From Eledone cirrhosa (lineage: Eukaryota), in the NCBI GenBank assembly GCA_964016885.1, contig OZ024747.1:59644001-59708000 (forward strand): a stretch of 64,000 nt of DNA. Reading direction: 5' to 3'. The notes under the pieces were generated by a model that worked only from the letters and a program-made list of their open reading frames with translations, was not told the DNA's origin and ran no database searches. The translations under genes and the position numbers were made by a program. This document shows, one piece after another, positions 26,508-38,675 of the stretch; positions within the stretch are counted from its first letter, which is position 1; every line of letters begins with the position of its first letter.

Positions 26508-26818
26508 GTGGATGTATATGTGTGTGTATATATATATATGGATGTATATATGTGATATATCTGGATGTATATATATATATATATATATAAGTGGATATAT
26601 AAATATATATAAGTGGATATATAAATATATATATGTGGATATATAAATATATATATGTGGATATATAAATATATATAAGTGGATATATAAATATATATAA
26701 GTGGTTATATAAATATATATATGTGGATATATAAATATATATAAGTGGATATATAAATATATATAAGTGGATATATAAATATATATATAAGTGGATATAT
26801 AAATATATATTTATATAA

Positions 26819-26893
<75 letters not shown>

Positions 26894-26900
26894 CGCACAC
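26120..26900. repeat. (TA)n/(TG)n array with GTGGATATATAAATATATAT subunits
   Basis: Directly visible. Confidence 0.92.
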
Positions 26901-27104
26901 ACTTCATTCATTATACACACATCTGTGGAAGGAATTCATTAGCTAAATCATGATGCATGTACTCTTATATAGATTATTGATTCCTATAATTACGTATGTA
27001 CTTACATGAATAATTCAGTGACAAAAATTACCTGTGTTCATATTTTCCCAGCTTCTGTGTGTAACAAGAAATCATGATTAGATCTTCCCTTTGAAGATCC
27101 AACA

Positions 27105-27291
27105 CTCTCTTGCTGGCTCTCTCTTGCTCTCCTCTCTCTCTCTTGCTCTCCTCTCTCTTGCTCTACTCTCTCTCTCTTGCTCTACTCTCTCTCTCTCTTG
27201 CTCTCCTCTCTCTCTCTTGCTCTCCTCTCTCTCTCTCTCTCTTGCTCTCCTCTCTCTCTCTCTCTCTTGCTCTCCTCGCTCTCTCTCTCTT

Positions 27292-27364
<73 letters not shown>

Positions 27365-27412
27365 TGCTCTCTCTCTTGCTCTCCTCTCTTGCTCCTCTCT
27401 CTCTCTCTCTCA
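27105..27412. repeat. (CT)n / CTCTTG microsatellite
   Basis: Directly visible. Confidence 0.95.
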
Positions 27413-27421
27413 CATTATTAT

Positions 27422-27936
27422 TTCGGACGCCATGCTTTCCAGCATAGTTACGTCCCTTTACAGTCTGAGTTCAAATCACACCGAGGTTGACTTTGCCTTT
27501 CATCCTTATGGAGTCGATAAAATAAAGTACCAGTAATGCACTGGGTAATTGCTGGCCTTGTGCCTAACGTAGAAACAATTATTATTATTATTATTATTGT
27601 GGTTATTGTTGTTATTATTGTAGTTATTATTGTAGTTAATATTATTATTGTTGTTGTTGTTATCGTTATCGTGGTTATTGTTATCGTTATTATATTTTTG
27701 TTGATATTATTGTTGTTGTTATGGTTATCATCATTTATTTATTATTGTTATTGGTATCATCACCATCATCCTCATCATCATCATTGCCATCATCATTATT
27801 ATTATTATCACCATTATTATTATTATTAAGGTCAACTTTGCCTTTCATCCTTACGGGGTCGATAAAATAAAGTACCAGTAATGTACTGGGTAATTGCTGA
27901 CTTTGTGCTAAAAGTAGAAACAATTATTATTATTAT
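27422..27936 (+). mobile_element. Two 5'-truncated SINE family A copies (27422-27598, 27828-27936) separated by an expanded (ATT/GTT/CAT)n tail
   Basis: Body CTTTGCCTTTCATCCTTA...GTACCAGTAATG appears twice, each followed by (ATT)n. Confidence 0.85.
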
Positions 27937-28336
27937 CACCTGGAAAGGAAGGTGAGGGTGGAGAGAGAAGTGCTGCCCCCCAGTACATTTGCTAAAAGGT
28001 GGGTGAATGTGGCGAGAATGGCTCGTGTGAATGGGCCTACTCTGACCATGCGCCTATAGGCTAGCTAACTTGAGGAGAGGGGTGCTCTCCCTGGGTGCCC
28101 TAGAAGCGCAGGGTGGTTCAGGATTGGTGGGGTACCCGAGTTACCCCAGGGTCGTCCACCCCCTATCGGGGAATTTATTTTGTTATATTTATGCATATTT
28201 TATTTTATATTTTTATATTTTCATTGTTAAATTAGTCTTGCCATTGTGCACTTTTACTCGACCTTATTGTAAACCCCCACTGTACCTGTCTTTGTATTGT
28301 CCCCTACATGTCGGCCCTTGTGGCTAATAAATGAAA

Positions 28337-28371
<35 letters not shown>
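27937..28371 (+). mobile_element. L1/Tx1-group LINE 3' end, 5'-truncated
   Basis: Open frame HLERKVRVEREVLPPSTFAKRWVNVARMARVNGPTLTMRL* resembles the Tx1/L1 ORF2 C-terminal R.R.E...F...W. Followed by a 3' UTR, AATAAA and an (ATT)n tail. Confidence 0.6.
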
Positions 28372-28410
28372 GTGTGCGTCTTGTGTAAAAGTTCAGTTTC
28401 CTTATTGAAA

Positions 28411-28582
28411 TAGTTTTGTCTAGCTAATGCTAATGTGATAATAGAATTTAGTTATTTTCAAGTAATGATTGTCTAGAATAACAAGTCAATCATTTGGTAT
28501 CATGCAAATATAGCAGAGAACCTTATAAATAAACACTTTTGGGGGGAATATACATTTACTACACATTTATATTGTGTGTAGA

Positions 28583-28618
<36 letters not shown>

Positions 28619-29009
28619 ATGTATGTAGCTATATGTATGACTGCCTAAATCTATGTATGTATGTGTGTATGTATATATATGTGTGTGTGTGTGTATGTAT
28701 ATATGTGTGTATGTATGTATATATATGTGTATGTATGTATATATATGTGTGTATGTATGTATGTATGTATATATATATGTGTGTACGTATGTATATATAT
28801 ATGTGTGTATGTATGTATATATATATGTGTGTGTATGGCTAGTTTTGTCTAGCTAATGCTAATGTGATAATAGAATTTAGTTATTTTCAAGTAATGATTG
28901 TCTAGAATAACAAGTCAATCATTTGGTATCATGCAAATATGGTAGAGAACCTTATAAATAAACACTTTTGGGGGGAATATACATTTACTACACATTTATA
29001 TTGTGTGTA

Positions 29010-29061
<52 letters not shown>

Positions 29062-29115
29062 ATGTATGTATGTAGCTATATGTATGACTCTGCCTAAATC
29101 TATGTATGTATGTGT
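28411..29115. repeat. Local tandem duplication, period 429 bp
   Basis: TAGTTTTGTCTAGCTAATGCTAATGTG...GTGTGTAGAATATATA starts at 28411 and again at 28840, nearly identical. Confidence 0.93.
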
Positions 29116-29500
29116 GTGTGTATATATATGTGTGTATATATATATGTGTATGTATATATATATGTGTGTATGTATATATATATGTGTGTATGTATATATA
29201 TATGTGTGTATGTATATATCTGTATGTATGTATATGTATATATATATATATGTGTGTGTGTGTATATCTATATGTGTGTGTGTGTATATACATGTGTATA
29301 TATATGTGTGTGTGTGTATATACATATGTGTGTGTGTATATACATATATATGTGTGTGTGTGTGTGTGTATATACATGTGTGTGTGTATATATATATATA
29401 TATGTGTATATATATATGTATGTAGCTATGTATGTGTGTGTATATATATGTATTGATATATGCATATATGTGTCTGAATGAAATGGCCGATATGTTGATG

Positions 29501-29534
<34 letters not shown>

Positions 29535-29536
29535 GC

Positions 29537-29614
<78 letters not shown>

Positions 29615-29949
29615 CACACACACACACACACTTATTTTTGTTTTCTTAATTAGATATCTAAGTTAAAAGTTTAGAAGAAAATGGCGCAAATTAGACTGTT
29701 CACATCAGCAGGAATCCTTCAAGATCTTCATATTCACCACAATCTGACTGTAATGGGACTTATTTACAATTTAAACTTATTTTTAGTGATAGACATCTTT
29801 AGCGTGCAGTCTTTTATTTCCCTTTTACTGGCTGCTGTATCAATATTTCTAAAAATAATTTGGATGCCAATTGCAGCAAGGAAATTGTGTTGCCTTTTAT
29901 GTGGCAATCAAAAGGAATGTGCTATGTATTAAAAGACTCTCTGAACCAC

Positions 29950-30047
<98 letters not shown>

Positions 30048-30068
30048 ATCTGTGTGTGTGTGTATATA

Positions 30069-30099
<31 letters not shown>

Positions 30100-30187
30100 G
30101 TATATATATGATGATGATAGATATATATATATGTATATATATGTATATATATGTGTCTGTGTGTGTATATATGTGTGTGTATATATA

Positions 30188-30219
<32 letters not shown>

Positions 30220-30493
30220 CGTGTGTGTGTGTGTGTATATATATATATATGTATATATACGTGTGTGTGTGTGTATATATGTATGTGTATATATATGTAT
30301 ATATACATGTGTGTGTGTGTGTATATATATATGTGTATATATATGTATATATACATGTGTGTGTGTATATATATATATGTCTATATACGTGTTTGTGTGT
30401 ATATATATATATATATATGTGTGTGTATATATATATATGTATATATATATATGTATATATATGTGTGTGTATATATATATATGTGTGTGTGTG

Positions 30494-30540
<47 letters not shown>

Positions 30541-30950
30541 GTGTGTGTGTGTATATATATATATATATGTGTGTGTGTGTATATATATATATATGTGTGT
30601 GTGTGTGTATATATATACATGTGTATGTGTGTGTATATATATATACACACACACACACACACGCACACACGTGTGTTTGTATGTGTATATTTATGTATGT
30701 GTATATGTGTATCTATATATGCGTGTGTGTGTGTGTGTGTGTGTGTGTGCATGTGTGTGAGTGTATATACATATCCATGATTGTATATTAGTTTGTGAAT
30801 ATGTAAATGTCCACATATCTCTCTCCCTCTCCCCCCATCTCTCCCTCCCCCTCTCTCCCCCCCTCTCTCCCTCTCTCCCCCTCTATCTCCCCCTCTCCCC
30901 ATCTATCTCCCTCTATCTCCCCCCTCCCCCCTCTCTCTCTATATATATAT
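29115..30950. repeat. (TA)n/(TG)n compound microsatellite fields (unique spacer at ~29640-29950)
   Basis: Directly visible. Confidence 0.9.
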
Positions 30951-31385
30951 GTATGTATAAACTAATTGAACATTTCATGTTTGGTGCATGTGTTACTATA
31001 AAAGATATAAATATCTATCTACCTACAAATACATATGTTTATGTTCATATGAACATCTGAATTTACGATTAGCTCAGGAAAGCAATGAAACAATGAAAGA
31101 TAAAAAAAACTACAATGCAAGAGAAGGACAGAGAAGATGCTATCTTAATCCTGATTTTCAGTACAGTTATAGAAATGAATATTATATTTTATGTAGTTAT
31201 CAAGTGATTTGCTGTTTCATATTTATCTGAATCCTACTTTTTTTTTTTACTGTTGCACTCTTTGGTCAAAACTAGTTATGATACCTCATACCAGAATACC
31301 TCAATGTCGGTGTAATTATTGTTACTAATAAAAGAAAATGAAGCTACTAATATTAACATATCTTTATCTTTAAAATCGATATATT

Positions 31386-31416
<31 letters not shown>

Positions 31417-31509
31417 ATATATGTATATATATGTATGTATATATATGTATATATATGTATGTATATATATGTATATATATGTATGTATATATATGTATAT
31501 ATATGTATA

Positions 31510-31560
<51 letters not shown>

Positions 31561-31735
31561 GACAAAGAACACAAGAGCGTCTACAATATCAAAAGATTTT
31601 TATTGGCTTACAATGTTTCTTCCTTACGTAACCGTAGGATTCGTCAGAGCTATAAAAGGGGTTTGATTGGTGTTATGGACTCTACCAACCAAACATTCAA
31701 GAACAAAGAGTAAAGAGAGTAAAGAGCAAAAGCAT
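31561..31735 (-). mobile_element. Penelope-like/retrozyme terminal fragment embedded in (TA)n
   Basis: 175-bp island between TA arrays with a hammerhead motif followed by AATAAA on the minus strand. Confidence 0.6.
31606..31650 (-). ncRNA. Minimal type I hammerhead ribozyme motif
   Basis: Minus strand: GCT-CTGACGA-A-TCCTACG(GTTA)CGTAAGGA-A-GAAA-CATTG-TA-AGC. Core boxes are intact, triplet GUA, 3-bp helix I, A/A at 10.1/11.1. Confidence 0.72.
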
Positions 31736-31802
31736 ATGTATATATATATATTTATATATATGTATATATATATATTTATATATATGTATATATATATTTA
31801 TA

Positions 31803-31887
<85 letters not shown>

Positions 31888-31922
31888 GTATATATATGTA
31901 TATATATATACATATATATATT

Positions 31923-31959
<37 letters not shown>

Positions 31960-31984
31960 GTATATATATATATTTATATATATG

Positions 31985-32019
<35 letters not shown>

Positions 32020-32498
32020 GTATATATATATGTATATATATGTATATATATATATATGTATATATATGTATATATATATATGTATATATATGTATATATA
32101 TATATGTATATATATATATATGTATATATATATGTATATATATTTATATATATGTATATATATTTATATATATATATGTATATATATTTATATATATGTA
32201 TATATATTTATATATATGTATATATATTTATATATATGTATATATATTTATATATATGTATATATATATATATATGTATATATATTTATATATATGTATT
32301 TATATATATGTATATATATATATGTATTTATATATATGTATATATATATATATGTATATATATTTATATATATGTATATATATATGTATATATATATATG
32401 TATATATATGTATATATATATGTATATATATGTATATATATTTATATATATGTATATATATATATGTATATATATATGTATATATATATATGTATATG

Positions 32499-32543
<45 letters not shown>

Positions 32544-32580
32544 TTATGTATATATATATATATATGTATATATATTTATG

Positions 32581-32618
<38 letters not shown>

Positions 32619-32622
32619 TATG

Positions 32623-32656
<34 letters not shown>

Positions 32657-32688
32657 TATATATATATATTTATATATATATATTTATG

Positions 32689-32722
<34 letters not shown>

Positions 32723-33309
32723 TATATATATATATTTATATATATATATTTATATATATATATTTATATATGTATATTTATATATGTATATTTATATATA
32801 TGTATATATATATATGTATATATATATATATTTGTATATATATATTTATATATATATGTATATTTATATATATATGTATATATATAAATTTGTATATATA
32901 TATATATATTTATATATATGTATATTTATATATATGTATATTTATATATATGTATATTTATATATATGTATATGTATATATATATATATGTATATATATG
33001 TATATATATATATATATGTATATATATGTATATATATATTTATGTATATATATGTATATATATATTATGTATATATATGTATATATATATTTATGTATAT
33101 ATATGTATATATATATTTATATGTATATATATGTATATGTAATTTATATATATATATATGTATATATAAATATATATATACATATATATACATGTATATA
33201 TATATTTATATACATGTATGTATATTTATATATATGTATGTATATATATATTTATATACATGTATATATATGTATGTATATATATGTATATTTATATATA
33301 TGTATGTAT
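31736..33309. repeat. Very long interrupted (TA)n array (~1.6 kb)
   Basis: Directly visible; source of the 400-500 aa YI artefact ORFs. Confidence 0.97.
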
Positions 33310-33592
33310 GAAGAGGCTCAAAGTCAGCTCAAAAAGTGACACAGAGGAGACTGAGGTTGGCTGGACATGCTCACCGACATCCAGAGTTGACATTGCACTC
33401 AGTGCTCCTTTGGGAGCCCCTACATGGACACACTAGAAGAGGAAGACCAAGGTTAATATATGTTGATGCCCTAAGGACAGACACTGGTCTGTTGGAGATG
33501 CAGGATATGGCAGCGATAATGAGGGGACAGAGACCGCTGGAGAGAACTCGTCCATGGATCTCGGGAATTTTACCCGCCTTAGATAGATAGAT
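33310..33592 (+). mobile_element. RTE-group LINE 3' end inserted in (TA)n
   Basis: [56 protein letters not shown]...DRDRWR; (TAGA)n tail. Confidence 0.85.
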
Positions 33593-34080
33593 TATGTATA
33601 ATTTATATATATGTATGTATATATATATTTATATATATGTATATATATGTATATATATTTATATATATGTATATATATGTATATTTATATATATGGATAT
33701 ATATGTATATTTTATATATGTATATATATGTATATTTATATATATGTATATATATATATATTTATATAGTATATGTATATATATATATTTATGTATATAT
33801 ATATATATATTTATATATATATGTATATATATATATTTATATATAAATATATATATTTTATGTATATGTATATATAAATATATATATTTATGTATATGTA
33901 TATATAAATATATATATTTATGTATATGTATATATATATTTAGATATGTGTATGTATATATATTTATATTTATATATATATATTTATATATTCTATATAT
34001 ATATATATTTATATATATATATATTTATATTTATATATATATATTTTATATATGTGTATATATATATATTTATATATATT

Positions 34081-34111
<31 letters not shown>

Positions 34112-34114
34112 ATT

Positions 34115-34175
<61 letters not shown>

Positions 34176-34197
34176 GTATATATATATATATATATAA
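33593..34197. repeat. (TA)n array
   Basis: Directly visible. Confidence 0.97.
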
Positions 34198-35133
34198 GAG
34201 GGTGTTAAAGTTTGCTTGAAGCATTCTGAAATGTGTAAAATATGTAGTTTAGAAAGCCACAACAATGCAGATGGGAAATCTCGAGGTAGGAAGTGAGTGA
34301 GAAATAGGAGAAAAGTGAAAATTGAGAGAAACGAAAATGAAAACCAAACAAAGGTAGAAGGGTTACCGTAGTGGAGATTTAATCCCAATATTTCGGCTCA
34401 CGCCCATCAACGGTGGAGAGTTCCAAAAGGGGTGGGTAACAGGCTAAGCCGGAGAAAGTTGTATTGTCGTTAAAACATAGGAATGCCGTTAAGGGAAAAT
34501 TCAAACGAGGGAAAGAATGCGCGTGCGTGTGATAGGCTGTGGCAAAGCTACTGACCAATTGAGTTAAATCAATAGGGTGCGCTAGCGTGTGAAAGCCGTA
34601 AAATATGTGTGTAAATATATATGTGTGTGTAACTGTGTGTGTATATGTGTATCTGTGTATGTATGTGAGTGTGTGTGTGTGAAAGATAGTGGGCCGTAGA
34701 AGCTGGAAATCAAGGGTGTGAAAGGTGGTAAGTTGTATAAACATGTGTGCGTGTATAAATATAGATGTGTGTGTGTATGTGTATGGGTATACATATAAGT
34801 GCGTGTGTGTGAAAGATAGTAGGCCGTAGGGTCTGTTACTGGTCACTATGGTTAAATTAGCCATGTCAGCTCATTTCTCTCAGCCCGGTTGTTAAGTGAG
34901 GGTCTGAGGTTCTTAATAACAAGTGCTTCCTCTCTTAGCGTTGTTGGGGAGGGCTGAGTTGTAATGCACAAATATGGCTAACCGCCATCCAACAACGCTA
35001 AGAGAGGCTATGTCCTAAATGAACTTACACGGATCACTAATAGATGCAACGACCCGATGGGTGGTCTCACCCATACCACGCAATTCCGTAATCTACTCAA
35101 GTCTAATGGATATCCCAAGCGACTGATTAACGG
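34198..35133. mobile_element. Rearranged Penelope-like element remnant (inverted segments)
   Basis: Minus strand: FVHYNSALPNNAKRG joined to EALVIKNLRPSLNNRAE (GIY-YIG C-terminus), then 3' UTR. Plus strand 34985-35133: NNAKRGYVLNELTRITNRC...[13 protein letters not shown] (PLE NGYP motif). Confidence 0.75.
34385..34415 (-). ncRNA. Degenerate hammerhead-like motif
   Basis: Minus strand TTGATG-GGC(GTGA)GCC-GAAATATT. The core deviates at C3 and A9; the position is downstream of the PLE ORF end. Confidence 0.35.
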
Positions 35134-35309
35134 AATATATATATATATTTATATATATAAATATATATTTATATATATATATAAATATAAATATATATAT
35201 ATTTATATATATAAATATATATATATTTATATATATAAATATATATATATATTTATATATATATATATTTATATATAAATATATATATATATTTATATAT
35301 ATAAATATA

Positions 35310-35340
<31 letters not shown>

Positions 35341-35511
35341 TTATATAAATATATATATATTTATATATATTTATATAAATATATATATATTTATATATAT
35401 TTATATAAATATATATATATTTATATATATAAATATAAATATATATATATAAATATATATATATAAATATATATTTATATAAATATATATATATTTATAT
35501 ATATAAATATA

Positions 35512-35591
<80 letters not shown>

Positions 35592-35730
35592 AATATATAT
35601 TTATAAATATATATATATAATATATATATATATAAATATATATTTATATATATATATAAATATATATTTATATATATATATAAATATATATTTATATATA
35701 TATAAATATATATTTATATATATATATATT

Positions 35731-35785
<55 letters not shown>

Positions 35786-35926
35786 AAATATATATTTATA
35801 TATATATATATTTATATATATATATAAATATATATTTATATATATATATATTTATATATATATATAAATATATATTTATATATATATATATTTATATATA
35901 TTTATATTTATATATATATATATATA
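35134..35926. repeat. (TA)n/TATAAA array
   Basis: Directly visible. Confidence 0.97.
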
Positions 35927-36543
35927 TAAACGGAAAAAATGTAACGAAATTTCATTTCCCACTCTTAGTACGGCTGCTACTTAAATACAAGTATGTACAC
36001 GTACATACATATATGTATACAGACGTACAGTAGTATGTATATATACATACATGCACACATATATATATGTACGTATGGATTCACCGAACATTTATTATAA
36101 TGCTCGGTGTGTTTGTAAACAAACATCCCGTATTAAGCCGTAGTGTCTAGCAACCCTCGTTGCTCATTTGTTCAACACTGACAAAGGAACGCTGTACTAG
36201 TTTCAAGCTTATTAGCTATCGTCAGCAACATACCTTCCTGCCAGATTGTTGAACGTATATACTTACCTTATGCATATTAACGGATGAGTAGCCCAATTTG
36301 CATATCGAGTGGGTTAATCGGCCATGTGCACCGAAAACGATAAACGGAAAAAAATGAAACAAAATTTCATTTCCCACTCTTAGTATGGCTGCTACTTAAA
36401 TACAAGTATGTACACGTACATACATATATGTATACAGACGTACAGTAGTATGTATATATATATACATACATGCACACATATATATATGTACGTATGGATT
36501 TACCGAACATTTATTATAATGCTCGGTGTGTTTGTAAACAAAA
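35927..36543 (-). mobile_element. Retrozyme-like element: 1.5 tandem copies of a ~415-bp non-coding monomer carrying a hammerhead
   Basis: 35927-36123 is repeated at 36341-36543 (offset 414-419). The intervening single-copy part holds an intact hammerhead core. CpG-rich relative to flanks; no ORF. Confidence 0.7.
36183..36237 (-). ncRNA. Type I hammerhead ribozyme (minimal, palindromic helix III)
   Basis: Minus strand: GAAGGTATGTTG-CTGACGA-T-AGCT(AATA)AGCT-T-GAAA-CTAG-TA^-CAGCGTTCCTTT. Helix I spans 12 positions with one U-U mismatch and G-U pairs. Helix II is 4 bp; helix III is the palindrome ACTAGT; triplet GUA. Confidence 0.85.
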
Positions 36544-36584
36544 TGGATGGTAAGATGAAGGCAAAGAAAGGTTAGTTACCTGGT

Positions 36585-37103
36585 AATATTTGTTTTTATT
36601 TTTTTGTTTCTTTCGTTCTAATATTTCGGGCCTTAAAATTCCCTTTGTCAGAGTATAAAGAACTTTCAGTGAAAAAAAATGTTCTGGTCTCTTCTCTTTG
36701 AAATTAGATTTAAATTTAAAATTTATAAACCGCTTTGAAGCATTGTTTGGTGTTTGCTTAAGTATTCATGAGAAGCAGGAGGATGACATCAATTGTTGTC
36801 GCTAATATCTCATGGAATTAAATTTCTTGGATAAATTGTCGTGTTTAGGTTGTGTGTGTGTGTGCGTGTGTGTGTGTGTGCATCCTTTTATGTCAAGTAT
36901 TGTGCTGAGTTCTAATCTGTTATTGATTTGTGGGTTGAGTTTACCCATAAGCAAGGCTTCCTTAATTTTTAAATTGCCCACATTTCTCTCTCTGGCTTCA
37001 ATATTAACTGTTATATTTTTGTTTGTGTTTCTGCATTTGTCAGTGTGTTTTTTGAATGAGGATGCATGTGTGTTGAGGTGTTCTTTAATGCGAGTGTGGA
37101 GTA
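36585..37103 (-). mobile_element. Penelope-like element 3' fragment (GIY-YIG C-terminus plus UTR)
   Basis: Minus translation LHTRIKEHLNTHASSFKKHTDKCRNTNKNITVNIEARERNVGNLKIKEALLMGKLNPQINNRLEL has the R..EH and EA.......P..N motifs. Followed by a hammerhead relic and AATAAA. Confidence 0.82.
36616..36655 (-). ncRNA. Decayed minimal hammerhead ribozyme motif
   Basis: Minus strand CTGACAAAGGG-AATTTTAAGG-CCCGAAATATT. It differs from CTGACGAAGGG...CCCGAAACGTT only at CpG sites. Confidence 0.55.
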
Positions 37104-38351
37104 CAAAATAATGTTTTGTTTGAAAGTTATCACAAGGTCAATTGGACAGTAAATATTGAAAATAATACAATGATGTTGGGATATTACCTTACCATTCATT
37201 ATAAGTCCTTATATTTTGGGATAAAATCCCTTCATATTGTGGTAGCCTTAAAAAAATATATACTCTTATTTTCTACACCACTTTGCATCATAGAATATGC
37301 ATTGCCCTCTGGGAGGGAAACCCTTTGTAGCCAGCAGAGGTAGTAGCTCCCTGAAGTTTTTCCCAATTAGCTCTCACTCTGGCTACTATACTTTCAGAAC
37401 ATCTACCCCTACTGTAAATTAGATCATTCAATTAGCAGAAGCCATCCACTATTTCTAGGGAGTCAGTTGAGCATTTGATAAAGCATGTTACATTTTCCTT
37501 GTTTATTCTGTGAACATTTTATTCCATTCACTAAGCTGTTTTAATTATATAGCTTTGTATCTTGTTGTATATTTAATTTATTCCGCATATTAGATTTTAG
37601 ATCTTGCTGCTTACTGCTGCTCTTGTGAATCTGACACATTCCAAATCTACATTCTTCATTAGCCTGTCTGAGATATTACTACATCTCTTATCTATGAAAT
37701 TTACTCATTAGGTATTGGTCAACCAGAGGCTATAGTAGACATTTGCCTATGATGCCATACAGCAGGACTAAATTTGATACCCTGTAGGTTTGAAGTAAAC
37801 TGTGTGCATGCATGTGTGTGTGAGCTAGTCCTCTGTTGGCTCAAAAAATGAGTGTTCGATTCAGCAGCATGTTAATGCAATCATCATGCAAGTGGCTGAG
37901 CATTTCACAGATAAATGCATCGTGTGACAAAGCTGGCCCATTGAATTACAAGTACAACTAATTTTTGCTATGAAATATAACATCTTACTAAAGGACACAA
38001 TACACTGCTGTGAATTGAACTCACAACCTAAGACTTGTTAGACAAACACTCTGATAATTAAACCACATACCTTCACACACACACAAACACACAAACACAC
38101 ACATCTCCACCACCACTATCGCCACCATCAAATGATGATGATGATATAAATATATATATATGTATATCATCATCACCGTTTGGCGTCCATTTTGCCATAC
38201 TTGCATGGGTTAGATGGGTTGTCCATGTAGGAGGAAAATTCTGGCCAGAATTGGCCCCACATCATGCCTTGCTCTGATGAGGACTGTAAATTTGGCCAGG
38301 TATTATACAGCTGGATGCCCTTCCTAACGCCAACCACATTTACAGTGTATA

Positions 38352-38675
38352 TATGTCTTAGTGGTTTCAGCATTGGCCTTGCAATTGAAAGGTTGTGAGT
38401 TCAATTCAGACCGGGTGATGTGTTGTTTCCTTGAGCAAGACACTTTATTTCACATTACTCCAGTTTACTCAGCTGTAGAAATGAGATGATAGGGACTGGG
38501 GTCCCTATCATTCCACTGCAAAGTGGTCGTGGAGGTGCCACGGCAAAAAAAGCACCCAGCACCCACTGTAAATGAGGTTGGTGTTAGGAAGGGCATCCAG
38601 CTGTAGAAATCAAGCCAGAATCAGTTCCGTCCCACCCTTGCAAGCAGGGAAAAGCGGACATAAAATGAAAAAATG
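38352..38675 (+). mobile_element. SINE family B: tRNA head, CORE-like domain, RTE-derived tail
   Basis: A/B boxes, then CCTTGAGCAAGACACTTTATTTCAC...CTCAGCTGTA, an internal hairpin ATGATAGGGAC/GTCCCTATCAT, and tail GGTTGGTGTTAGGAAGGGCATCCAGC. Near-identical copy at 57082. Confidence 0.85.

Noticed and set aside
31667-34208. 200-500 aa YI-rich ORFs (and similar CV/TH/LS/RE ORFs throughout)
   Set aside because: Dinucleotide microsatellite artefacts, open in several frames at once.
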